From NCBI GenBank assembly GCA_963810205.1, contig CAWEMP010000018.1, positions 96,265 to 160,264 on the forward strand: a DNA stretch of 64,000 nt, read 5' to 3'. Position 1 is the first letter of the stretch, and every line of letters begins with the position of its first letter. Below are positions 9,139 through 18,092 of this stretch, piece by piece. Position numbers and translations under genes: made by a program. The notes beneath the pieces are model-generated. The model was given only the letters and a program-made list of their open reading frames with translations, made no database searches and had not been told where the DNA came from. Source of the DNA: an uncultured Acidobacteriota bacterium. GTDB lineage: Bacteria; Acidobacteriota; Thermoanaerobaculia; UBA5066; Gp7-AA6.

Positions 9139-9714
9139 TCATACGCTTGCGCCTCCAACCGAGTCGGTAGCTCGACGGCCGCCGGTTCGAGCGGGCGTCC
9201 CCTCCGGGGGACGGATTGATCCGATTCGCGGGATTTGCGACAGACCCTGGACCGTGCGTTGTATTGCCTTCCGGAACGCCTCGTTCAGCGACTCCTCCTC
9301 GGCCCCCGAGTAGGCGGGTCGCGTTTCCAGCTCGTTGGCGTCGAACTCCGTGATCGTGCGGCCGCTGGCGTTGCGGGCCGTCACCGTCCACTCCGCCTTG
9401 CCGTCGTAATAGCGGTCGCTGTAGACGGCGGCGAAGCTGTGGACGGTGACCGTGATGGTCGGCGCGTCCTCGCCGGCCGCCGACGACCAGCGGCAGCCGG
9501 GGAAGGAGTTCTCGATTCCGCCGCGCACGGCCGCGATCATCTTGTCCGAGGCCTCCGGCTCGGCCCGCTGGTCGAGCACCTCCAGGTTCCACGACAGGAG
9601 ACCGGCGGGACAGGCCACGTCCGCGTTGGGAAAAGAGACCGGCCGGACCTTCGGCGGCCCGCAGCCGGCGGCAACGAGGGCCGACAGGGCGAGAGCGGCG
9701 ACGGTCGACTTCAT
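9139..9714 (-). CDS. Hypothetical lipoprotein
   Basis: MKSTVAALALSALVAAGC lipobox. The ATG at 9714 lies 7 nt after the WYL regulator stop. The C-terminal ~35 aa look low-complexity, so the end is uncertain. Confidence 0.55.
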   Translation of the reverse strand: MKSTVAALALSALVAAGCGPPKVRPVSFPNADVACPAGLLSWNLEVLDQRAEPEASDKMIAAVRGGIENSFPGCRWSSAAGEDAPTITVTVHSFAAVYSDRYYDGKAEWTVTARNASGRTITEFDANELETRPAYSGAEEESLNEAFRKAIQRTVQGLSQIPRIGSIRPPEGTPARTGGRRATDSVGGASV

Positions 9715-9721
9715 GGCAGCG

Positions 9722-10828
9722 TCAAGAACGCAGGGAGGCCGTCGTCTTCTTCCGCTTTCCGCCGGCCCCCGGGCGGGAATAGCTCTTCGCCATCGCTTCG
9801 CTCTCCTTCCTGAGGTCCTCGACGAGCTCGGGTGGCGCCAGGGCCTGGGCATGACGCCCGTACGCGAGGATGAATCGCCGGGCCTCGCGCAGGGACTCGG
9901 CCGGCAGCTCGAGGATCGCCTCGCCATCGGGTCCCGTCTCGAGCTTCTGCCGGGCATGCCAGACCATCTCGCGCACCTCTCCCGAGACCTCCGGCGAGAA
10001 TCGGACCCGAAACCGAAAGGCCGAACCCTTCCCGACGAACAGGCCGAAGGTGTTCCGAAAGAACGCGTCCGCGTCGAAGTCCTTCGGAATCGCGTAGCGC
10101 TCGGCCGTGACGCGGGCACCGGCGATCCGCGAAAGATAGAAGTTCTTGATCTGCGACTGGTCCTCGGCGAGGACCATCCAGTCCCGGCCCGCGAGCACGA
10201 GCGCATAAGGCCGAATCGTGCGCGGCTCGCCGGGGCCCTCGCCCGGGTGCCGGTAGCGCATCGCCAGCGCGACGCCTTTCTGCAGCGACTCCGAGACGGC
10301 CTGCCACGTTTCTTCCGGCACCGGCCGGAACGCGGCCGAGCGCAGAGTCAGCTTCTCCCGGACGATCTCGGGGCGCATCCGCACGGAGGGAGGCATGAGG
10401 CGCGCCAGCCGGGCGTAACAGGAGGAGAGGCTGCGCGCCAGCGGGGTGCCGCCGAGAAGCTGCAGCACCTGGGCGGCGACACCCATCGCGAAGAGGTCCT
10501 GGCCGTCGACGGGAAGAAACGGGAGGACGTAGTCGTCGCGCCGGTAGGCGTAGCCGTTTTCCTCGCGCCGGAACTCGATCGGCGCTTCGAGCTCGTCGCG
10601 CAGGTAGTCGATGTCGCGCTGGACCGTTTTCGAGGAGACGGAGAGCTCCGCCGCGAGCGAGCTCGTGTTCGGAAACCGGCCCTCCTTGATCTGGTGGTGG
10701 ATCAGCTGGAGCCGGCGCCAGAGCGGCCGATCCTTGAACGCACCCTCGCGGCCCACGGGCCGGATTCTCTCCCGGCCCGTGGCAGAAATTGTCCGCGGTG
10801 TGCGGGAGATCACGGCTGCGGGTGTCAT
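9722..10828 (-). CDS. HTH-WYL domain transcriptional regulator (YafY/PafBC-like)
   Basis: N-terminal DeoR-like HTH (NTSSLAAELSVSSKTVQRDIDYL). Central WYL-type region (RTIRPYALVLAGRDWMVLAED, NFYLSRI). C-terminal WCX-like extension. Confidence 0.75.
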   Translation of the reverse strand: MTPAAVISRTPRTISATGRERIRPVGREGAFKDRPLWRRLQLIHHQIKEGRFPNTSSLAAELSVSSKTVQRDIDYLRDELEAPIEFRREENGYAYRRDDYVLPFLPVDGQDLFAMGVAAQVLQLLGGTPLARSLSSCYARLARLMPPSVRMRPEIVREKLTLRSAAFRPVPEETWQAVSESLQKGVALAMRYRHPGEGPGEPRTIRPYALVLAGRDWMVLAEDQSQIKNFYLSRIAGARVTAERYAIPKDFDADAFFRNTFGLFVGKGSAFRFRVRFSPEVSGEVREMVWHARQKLETGPDGEAILELPAESLREARRFILAYGRHAQALAPPELVEDLRKESEAMAKSYSRPGAGGKRKKTTASLRS

Positions 10829-10920
10829 GACCGGTGCGGTCGAGCCTCTAACGCGCGTCGTTCCAACGGGTTGAGAATCGCCACTCCGTGGCTCGCCGCT
10901 TGCACACTCCTCTGTGCATC

Positions 10921-11106
10921 ATGCAGATCCCATACGACCTCGAGTTCGTCGAGAACCGGCCCCGTGTGGACGCTCAGGCGCGCGCGGTCGCGATGCCGTA
11001 CGGCACGTGGCGCGGTCGCGAGGCTCGGTCCGAGCAGGACGCCTTCGACGCGCTGCTCCACTGGGTCCACCGCGTGATCTCGCGGCTCGAGAGCCGGCCC
11101 CGCTAG
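10921..11106 (+). CDS. Possible small protein (61 aa), divergent from the WYL regulator
   Basis: Codon third positions are mostly G/C and the composition is plausible. There is no Shine-Dalgarno sequence and no recognisable motif. Confidence 0.3.
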   Translation: MQIPYDLEFVENRPRVDAQARAVAMPYGTWRGREARSEQDAFDALLHWVHRVISRLESRPR

Positions 11107-11156
11107 CCCCGCGACTCGCGCCACCCTGCGGAGCGAGTTCAGCAACTCGCGGGGTT

Positions 11157-12107
11157 CTACTTCAGGAGCGGCAGGATCTCCTTGGCCGTCGAGGCTTCCT
11201 TCCCGCTCGGGTCGAGCTCCAGATACTTCTCGAGGTGCTCCTTCGCCGGGGCCTTCTTGTTCTGGTTGAAGCAGGCCATGCCCAGCCAGAAGTGCGCGTT
11301 GGCGAAATCGGGTTTCGCCTCCACCGCCTTCGCGAGCATGCCTTCGGCTTCCTTCATCTTGCCCTTGTTGTACGACTCGATGCCCTTGTTGTAGAGGATC
11401 TCCGGCGAGTCGGGGTTGGCTTCCGCCCATTTCGCCTGGAATTCCGCGGCGGCCTTCTTGTCGCCCGCCTTGCCCGCGGCGTCCGCCATCATCTGATAGA
11501 GGTTGGTCAGCGACGGATCGAGGTCCGTCGCCTTCTGCCCGTACTCGATGGCCTTGGCCCAGTCCTTCTTTTCGTACGCCATCTGCGCGAGCGCCTGCCA
11601 GCCGGCGGGAAGGTCCGGGTTCTGCTTCACGGCGTCCTGGAACTTCGTTTCGGCGGCGGCCTTGTCGCCCGCCTGCATCGCCTCGACGCCGGCGTTGAAG
11701 GCCATGACGGCCTTGTCGTTGGCCGACATCTGGGGCGCCGCGGCCGCGACGGCCTTCGCCTGCGCCTCGGTCTTGCTCATGAGCTTCGCGTTGATCGTGC
11801 CGATCTCGGCGATCGGAATTTTCTTGTCGATGTCGAAGGGGAGATAACCCTCCTTGGAGAACTTGAAGTGGTAGGGCATCGTGCAGTCCTGCAGGATGTT
11901 CGCGTAGTTGCCCTTGGCGTCGGTCTTGATCTCGAGGTTGAAGCTCGTCAGGTTGGGCGTCGTGACCGTGATCGTCACGTCCGCCAGAGGCGCGCCCGTC
12001 GAATCCGTCACGGCCCCGACGGCGCGGCACTGCGCGCCGGCGTAGAGGTGCCCGGCCCCGAGCAGCGCCGCGAGGCCGCCGGTCAACCGCATCATCGTCG
12101 TTTTCAT
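11157..12107 (-). CDS. Secreted TPR-repeat protein with N-terminal carboxypeptidase-regulatory-like domain
   Basis: Signal peptide, then GAVTDSTGAPLADVTITV (CarboxypepD_reg-like), then several TPR-like A/K/W-rich repeats. AAAGGAG Shine-Dalgarno before the ATG. Confidence 0.75.
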   Translation of the reverse strand: MKTTMMRLTGGLAALLGAGHLYAGAQCRAVGAVTDSTGAPLADVTITVTTPNLTSFNLEIKTDAKGNYANILQDCTMPYHFKFSKEGYLPFDIDKKIPIAEIGTINAKLMSKTEAQAKAVAAAAPQMSANDKAVMAFNAGVEAMQAGDKAAAETKFQDAVKQNPDLPAGWQALAQMAYEKKDWAKAIEYGQKATDLDPSLTNLYQMMADAAGKAGDKKAAAEFQAKWAEANPDSPEILYNKGIESYNKGKMKEAEGMLAKAVEAKPDFANAHFWLGMACFNQNKKAPAKEHLEKYLELDPSGKEASTAKEILPLLK

Positions 12108-12217
12108 GATTCTCCTTTGGGGCGGGGCGGCGTCGGGAGCCCGCCTCGCGTCCGGATTCTATTGAAGTCCGGCCCCCACGGGAAAACGAGCCCCGGGCTC
12201 CCGGGATTCCGGGCCGG

Positions 12218-14092
12218 CTAGGCCTGCGCCCGGGGCTCCCGGACGGGGCGCGGGATCGACTCGAGGACCTCGCCGGCCGTCTTGTACCGGCCCATCGGCA
12301 TGACGTGGATGCCGCGGGCGAGCTTCGTGATGCCGGCCGCGAGCTCCCGGGCGATCGCCAGGCCCTCGGCCTTCTCGTGCTCGGGGCCCCGCTCGGCGGC
12401 CCTGCGCATGCGGTCCTGGATGGCCGGAGGCACGACCACGCCGGGCACCTCGTTGGCGAAAAAGAGCGTCTGCTTCAGGGAGAGCAGCGGGATCAGGCCG
12501 ACGAGGATCGGAATCGCCCGGGCCTCGGGTCGCTCGAGAAACCGGGCCAGGGCCTCGAGGTCGTAGACCGGCTGTGTCTGGGCGAAGGTGGCGCCGGCCT
12601 CGATCTTCGCGCGCAGCTTCGAGAACTCGATCTCCAGGTCGGACGCGGCCGGGTTGGAGGCGCAGGCGATCGCGAAGCGCGTCGGCGAGCCGATCGCGTT
12701 TCCGGCCAGGTCCGCGCCGGCGTTCAGTCCCTTGGCCATCCGCAGGAGGCCCAGGACGTCGACTTCCGAGACCTGCTTGGCCTGCGGGTAGTCGCCGATC
12801 TTCAGGGGGTCGCCGCCCAGGCACAGGATCGCCTTGATGCCGAGGCCGGCAGCGCCGAGCAGGTCCGACTGCAGGCCGAGGACGTTGCGGTCACGCGTCG
12901 TGATCTGCACGACGGCGTCGAGCCCCACTTCGCGCTGGATGAGGGCGGCCACCGCGATGGAGGACATCCGCAGCCGCGCCATCGGGTTGTCGGTCACGTT
13001 CACGGCGTCGACGCCCTTCGTCTTGAGCAGCCGCGCCCCTTCGATCGCCGCGGCGCTGTCCGCGCCCCGGGGCGGCTCGACCTCGGCCGTGATCACGAAC
13101 TCTCCGGGATCGGCGAGTCCGCGCTTGAGGCGCGAGGTCTCGATGGCCGTCTCCGCGAAGTGCTCGATCTCGGTCTCGACGATCACGGAGACGGGATGGG
13201 ACGCCCGTGCGCGCTTCTTGCCCGAGACTTCGCGCGCCATGGCGCGGATGTGCTCCGGGGTCGTGCCGCAGCAGCCGCCGACGATCGCGGCCCCGGCGTC
13301 GACGAAGGCGGCGGCATACTCGCGGAGGTAGTCGGGGGAGGAGAGATAGACGCTCCGGCCGTGGACCACGCTCGGGTATCCCGCGTTGGGCATCGCGGAA
13401 AGCGGCGCGGAGATCGTCGCGGGAAGCCGGGAAAACAGCTCGTGCGTTTCCTGCGGGCCGAGCGTGCAGTTCATGCCGACGGCGTCGGCGCCCGCCAGCA
13501 CGAGCGTCGAGAGCGCCGGGGCGACCGCTTCGCCGAAGGCGGTGCGCCCGTCGGCGAGGAACGTCATCTCGGCGACGATCGGGATCTCCGCCGAGAGGCC
13601 GCGCACCGCCCGGACCGCCTCCGCCGCTTCGAGGAGGCTCCCGAACGTCTCCAGCAGAACCAGGTCGACGCCCGACTCCAGAAGCACGCGTGCCTGCTCC
13701 TCGAAGATCTCGCGCACCTGCGTCAGCTGCAGCGAGCCGTACGGCTTGACGAGAGCGCCGAGCGGGCCGATCGAGCCGGCGACGAAGGCGAGCTCGCCGG
13801 CCGCGGCCTCGCGCGCCAGGCGCACGCCCTCGCGGTTGATCTTCTCGAGCGAGTCCGCCCACTCGTGCGACGTCAACTTGACGCGGTTGGCGTCCCAGGT
13901 ATTGGTCGTGAGGATGCGGGCGCCGGCCTCGAGGTAGTCGTCGTGCACTTCGCGGACGGATTCGGGGTCGGAGACGTTGAGCGGCGAGCGCGCCAGCTCG
14001 GGCGAGGCGCCCCGGGAGGTCAGAAGGGTCCCGATCGCCCCGTCGGCGAGCAGAACCTCCTCGGCGATCGTCCTGCGGAAGTCTTTTTTCAT
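12218..14092 (-). CDS. yitJ: Bifunctional homocysteine S-methyltransferase / 5,10-methylenetetrahydrofolate reductase (YitJ-like)
   Basis: N-terminal Hcy-methyltransferase domain (ILTTNTW, MNCTLGP, GGCCGTTPEHI). C-terminal MTHFR domain (VNVTDNP, ITTRDRN, FAQTQPVYD). Preceded by a SAM-I riboswitch. Confidence 0.85.
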   Translation of the reverse strand: MKKDFRRTIAEEVLLADGAIGTLLTSRGASPELARSPLNVSDPESVREVHDDYLEAGARILTTNTWDANRVKLTSHEWADSLEKINREGVRLAREAAAGELAFVAGSIGPLGALVKPYGSLQLTQVREIFEEQARVLLESGVDLVLLETFGSLLEAAEAVRAVRGLSAEIPIVAEMTFLADGRTAFGEAVAPALSTLVLAGADAVGMNCTLGPQETHELFSRLPATISAPLSAMPNAGYPSVVHGRSVYLSSPDYLREYAAAFVDAGAAIVGGCCGTTPEHIRAMAREVSGKKRARASHPVSVIVETEIEHFAETAIETSRLKRGLADPGEFVITAEVEPPRGADSAAAIEGARLLKTKGVDAVNVTDNPMARLRMSSIAVAALIQREVGLDAVVQITTRDRNVLGLQSDLLGAAGLGIKAILCLGGDPLKIGDYPQAKQVSEVDVLGLLRMAKGLNAGADLAGNAIGSPTRFAIACASNPAASDLEIEFSKLRAKIEAGATFAQTQPVYDLEALARFLERPEARAIPILVGLIPLLSLKQTLFFANEVPGVVVPPAIQDRMRRAAERGPEHEKAEGLAIARELAAGITKLARGIHVMPMGRYKTAGEVLESIPRPVREPRAQA

Positions 14093-14104
14093 TCTGCGCC
14101 CAAC

Positions 14105-14312
14105 AAAAAAGCCTCTCGACGAGAGGCGCCGGTCCGTGCGGACCGGTTCGCGGCGCCCTCATCTTCTTCTCCAATTCCGTAGCGGAGAATCCGGAATTGG
14201 CACCTGTCGATCCGCGCCGCGACGCGCGGTCCGGTTGCCGTGGGGTCACTCCGCCTTCGCGCGAGTCACGGCGGATTTTTCGGGCCGGTCCCTCACCCAC
14301 TCTCGATGGGGT
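14105..14312 (-). promoter_or_regulatory. SAM-I (S-box) riboswitch with terminator expression platform
   Basis: Minus strand reads CCCAUCGAGAGUGGGUGAGGGACCGGCCCGAAAAAUCC ... GGCAACC ... GGUGCCAAUUCCGG ... GAAGAUGAGGG. This is followed by GCCUCUC-GUC-GAGAGGC plus U6 (14127-14105), 12 nt before the yitJ-like ATG. Confidence 0.85.
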
Positions 14313-14482
14313 CAAAGAGCTGCTCAGAGGTTAGGCCCCGCCGCCCCGGAAGTCAACGGCGGGGCCGGAGCCGCATTCCCGGCCCTCGCGGGCCCGGGGG
14401 GCGGGGATCGGCACCCTGCTAGAATGCGGCCGTCCTCATCGCCCGACCGGGCGCTCCGCCGGCTCCTCGAAAGGAGCCGCAC

Positions 14483-14884
14483 ATGTTCCCCGCACTCGCC
14501 CTGACCCTCTTCCTTCTGGCCGGCGATCCGTCCGAGGACCCCTGGATCGAGGTTCATCTCTCGATCGCGCGCGACCCGTACACGTCGAGCGATCACGTCA
14601 CCCTCTGCCGCGTGCGCGCGGTCAACCACGGAGGTCGCCGCTGGCCGGGCCGTTCGCTCGCCTTCGAGGCGCGCGCGCGTGGCGGCGGCGTGACCGTGCG
14701 CGAGCGCGGGCGCTTCGGTCTCGAGCTTCCCCCCTATGGCTCGCTCGAGACGCTCATCTCGCTGCCGGGCCGGCACGACCGCGTCGAAGTCTCGCCGATC
14801 GCGCCGGGCGATGCCGACGCTCGCGAGCGCCGCCCCGGCAAGCCGTCCTCGGGTCCGAAGAAGCGCAAGCGCCCCCGTTCGTGA
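14483..14884 (+). CDS. Hypothetical protein with N-terminal hydrophobic leader and basic tail
   Basis: AAAGGAG Shine-Dalgarno 7 nt upstream of the ATG. Coding-like codon usage. No recognisable domain. Confidence 0.5.
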   Translation: MFPALALTLFLLAGDPSEDPWIEVHLSIARDPYTSSDHVTLCRVRAVNHGGRRWPGRSLAFEARARGGGVTVRERGRFGLELPPYGSLETLISLPGRHDRVEVSPIAPGDADARERRPGKPSSGPKKRKRPRS

Positions 14885-14911
14885 GAGCCGACGGCGATAC
14901 AATGCCGGCGC

Positions 14912-16196
14912 ATGAAAATCCTCGTCATCGGCGGAGGGGGGCGCGAGCACGCCCTGTGCTGGTCCCTCCATCGGAGCCCCTCGGTCGAGGAAATCTTCTG
15001 CGCGCCCGGAAACCCGGGCATCGCCGAGGTCGCGGATTGCCTGCCGATCTCGGGCTCGGACATCGTCGAAATTGCGGACCTCGCCGAGAAGCTCCACGTC
15101 GATCTGACGGTCGTGGGGCCCGAGCTTCCCCTCTCGCTCGGGATCGCCGACGAGTTCATCAAGCGCGAGCTCCCGATCTTCGGGCCCACGCGCCTGGCGG
15201 CGCAGATCGAGTCCTCCAAGGTCTTCTCCAAGGAGTTCTTCTGGAGGCACAACATTCCGACCGCCGAGGCGACCGTGTGCCAATCGGCCGACGAGGCGAA
15301 GCGGGCGATCAAGCGGTACGGCTTTCCGGCCGTGCTCAAGGCCGACGGCCTCGCCGGCGGCAAGGGCGTCCTCATCGTCGAGTCCGCCGAGGACGCCGAG
15401 CGGGCCCTCCGGCTCTTCTTCCAGGAGCGCGTCTTCGGCGCCGCGGGCGACCGCGTCATCGTCGAGGAGTTCCTCCGCGGCCAGGAGTCGTCGTTCCTCG
15501 CGCTCTTCGATGGCGAGGTGTGCGTGCCCCTCCCGACCGCCCGCGACTACAAGAAGATCTACGACGGCGACCGCGGGCCGAACACCGGCGGGATGGGGGC
15601 GCATTCGCCGGCGGGGGTGTTGAACGCCGAGACCGCTTCGCAGGTCCTCCGCGACATCCTCTGGCCCACCTTCCGCGGCCTCCAGGCGGAGGGGCGCTCG
15701 TTTCGCGGGGTCCTCTACGCGGGGCTCATGGTCACCGAATCGGGCCCGAAAGTGCTCGAGTACAACGCGCGCTTCGGCGACCCGGAGACCGAGGTCATCC
15801 TGCCGCGCGTCACTTCCGACATGGCCGAAGTCATGCTCGTCCGTCGCCCGGGGCGGCCTCGAGCGCTTCCTGCCGCTCGAGGTCAAGAACGAGGCGTGCG
15901 TCGGCATCGTGCTGGCGGCCGGCGGCTATCCGGGAAGCTACGAGAAGGGCAAGCCGATCACCGGCCTCGCCGAGGCCGCGCGGATGCCGGGCGTGGAGAT
16001 ATTCCACGCCGGCACGGCGCGGGAGGGCGACCGCCTCGTGACGGCGGGCGGCCGCGTGATGGTCGTGACGGCCACGGCTCCGTCGATGACCGAGGCCGCC
16101 GCGCGCGCATACGAGGCGGCGGACCGGATCCAGTTCGAAGGCAAGCACGTGCGGCGCGACATCGCCGCCGGAGGAGTCCGGCCGAGCCGGATCTGA
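14912..16196 (+). CDS. purD: Phosphoribosylamine-glycine ligase; one apparent frameshift near 15837-15842
   Basis: MKILVIGGGGREHAL, ATP-grasp core (VLKADGLAGGKGV, EEFL.G.E.S). The C-terminal domain (AAGGYPGSYEKGKPI..., GGRVMVVTA) is in the +1 frame (ORF 15909..16196). Confidence 0.85.
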
Positions 16197-16219
16197 CGGA
16201 CAGGCTCCGCCGTGTCCGT

Positions 16220-16302
16220 CATCCCGAGCGAAGCGAGGGATCCCGGGCTCGTCGAGCCGGTCCCGTAAATCCGGGATCCCTCGCGCTCACGCGCTCGGGA
16301 TG
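16220..16302. repeat. Family-2 palindromic intergenic repeat, copy A
   Basis: catcccgagcg..gcgagggatcccgg ... ccgggatccctcgc..cgctcgggatg. This is a long imperfect palindrome in a convergent spacer. A second copy lies at 59268-59360. Confidence 0.7.
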
Positions 16303-16323
16303 AAGCGCGGCGAGAGCCGCGCT

Positions 16324-17322
16324 TCAGTTACCGCAGAGGTCCGTGTCCGCGCACTTCATCTCGAAGAACGCCCCGTCCTGGGTGCCGCCGTCGAGGATGT
16401 TGACGTAGCCCTCGATCGTCGGGAAGCCCGTCGCGGGGCTGGTGACGTCGGCGAAGACGATGCACGAGATGACGCTGTCCGGGATCGCCGCCACTGAAAA
16501 GACGTCGTTCGTCTGGCGGACCTCGCCGGGCTGCAGGTCGTTGACGTTGACCACGTTGCCCACGCGCTGTCCGTTGGTCGCCGAGTTGGGCGTGACGTCG
16601 TAAAACGAGAGCGCGATGCTGACGGGGCCCGTGCCGTTCAGGTCGGTGTTCGTCAAGCCGAGGTTGGTGCGCAGGGCTCCCGCGGGGGTCGGGGCCGGAC
16701 GGGTGTCGCGGATCGTCCCGACGAGCGTCGTGTTGGCCGACTCGAAGAAGAGCGAGCCGGGATACGCGATGGCGACGGTGCCCGTCGAGAACGGACTGTA
16801 CGTGCGCGCCGTGACCGTGCCCTCCCAGCCGAAGTTCGAAGGGAGGTTCTGGAACGTCACGAGGAGCGTCCCGAACGACAGGTCCGCGGCGCCGGGCGCG
16901 AGGATGCCGAGGGAGCCCAGGTACTGGACCATGTCGTCCTGGTGGAAGTTGTCGAGAGCGAGCAGGTTGGTGCTCTGCGTCGGCGTGCAGCCCTGGTACG
17001 CGCTGTTCAAGGTGTAGCAGTACTGGAACTGGGCGACCACGCCGTCCACGGACGTGTTGTTCGTGATGTCGATGGAGGTGCGAAAGAAGGACGTGCCCTG
17101 CACGCGGGTAACGATGTTGACCTGGGCGGAGTACGCGGCGGCGGCGGCCTTGGGGTCGAGCTGCGGCGCCCGGGCATCCGTCGAAGGCGACGGGGAGTTG
17201 CGCGTGATGACCCGCGTGGCGCGGCTCGAATTCAACCCGTTCTCAGCCAGGAGGGGCGAGGCCGCCAGGCCGAGGACAATCGACGCGAGGACCCAGAGGC
17301 TCAGTCGCTTCATGGATTTCAT
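16324..17322 (-). CDS. Secreted hypothetical protein, Thr/Asn/Ser-rich with paired cysteines
   Basis: Signal peptide LSLWVLASIVLGLAASPLLA. AGGAG Shine-Dalgarno; the second ATG at 17313 may be the true start. No domain recognised. Cys pairs at YCYTLNSAYQGC and KCADTDLC. Confidence 0.6.
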   Translation of the reverse strand: MKSMKRLSLWVLASIVLGLAASPLLAENGLNSSRATRVITRNSPSPSTDARAPQLDPKAAAAAYSAQVNIVTRVQGTSFFRTSIDITNNTSVDGVVAQFQYCYTLNSAYQGCTPTQSTNLLALDNFHQDDMVQYLGSLGILAPGAADLSFGTLLVTFQNLPSNFGWEGTVTARTYSPFSTGTVAIAYPGSLFFESANTTLVGTIRDTRPAPTPAGALRTNLGLTNTDLNGTGPVSIALSFYDVTPNSATNGQRVGNVVNVNDLQPGEVRQTNDVFSVAAIPDSVISCIVFADVTSPATGFPTIEGYVNILDGGTQDGAFFEMKCADTDLCGN

Positions 17323-17567
17323 CTCCTGTTTCCGACGTTCGCGAACAAGATTAGCAAATCCCGGTCCAACGTGCCGACCTGGGGTTCTTACGGATCTCCC
17401 GGCTCGAGCGTCCCGTTATCGAGACTTTCTGTCCTCCGTGGATGAGTCCGGCTCGCTCGACTCTCCGGCCGTCGGCGCCGCGGCCGCCGTCCGGATCCTC
17501 ACCAGAGTCCTCTTGATCGCTTTGGGCTGGTCGAATGGACAGGGCGATTCGTGCGGCCGGCCCCGCT

Positions 17568-18092
17568 CTACTTCAGAAGGGCCTTCACCGCCGACTCGAA
17601 ATCGGCGTAGGACTGTTTGCCGGAGAGGACCCTCGCCTTCTTCCCGTCGCGGGCGTAGAGGACGGTGAAGGGGAGCTCGCCGCCCCACTTCTCGTCGACG
17701 GACTCGATGAAGACCTGGTCGTCGCCGCCGCTCGCCTTGCGATAGTTGGGAAAGTCGGGCTTCGTCTTCGCGAGGAACTTGTCGACGGCGGGAAGGTCCT
17801 TCGCCGAATCGATCGAGACGCCGAGCACCGACAGGCCCCGGCCGCGGTAGTCGCGTTCGAGGCGCGCGATGTCGGGGAACTCCTCGCGGCACGGCACGCA
17901 CCAGGTCGCCCAGAAGTTCACCAGAACGACCTGGCCCTTTCGTTTCGCGACGGCGTCGGCGAAGCCCTTCGCGTCGAGCTCGCCCGAGAGCTTCGGGGCA
18001 TCGGGCGCCGCGATCGCCGCGGCTCCGTTCAGAACGAGGAGGGCGGCCGCGGCCGCCCTCCGAAGCCGAGAGTGGCGGGAGCGACTAGGCAC
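17568..18092 (-). CDS. TlpA/ResA-like thiol-disulfide oxidoreductase
   Basis: Signal/anchor region followed by VLVNFWATWCVPCREEFP (WCxxC thioredoxin-fold motif). Confidence 0.8.
   Translation of the reverse strand: MPSRSRHSRLRRAAAAALLVLNGAAAIAAPDAPKLSGELDAKGFADAVAKRKGQVVLVNFWATWCVPCREEFPDIARLERDYRGRGLSVLGVSIDSAKDLPAVDKFLAKTKPDFPNYRKASGGDDQVFIESVDEKWGGELPFTVLYARDGKKARVLSGKQSYADFESAVKALLK

Noticed and set aside
11157-12107. Lower GC of the TPR gene (also of 16324-17322 and 39322-40401) as a sign of horizontal transfer.
   Set aside because: The drop is explained by amino-acid composition (Lys/Asn/Thr/Phe-rich). Third positions remain G/C-biased, and no mobility genes or boundaries are nearby.
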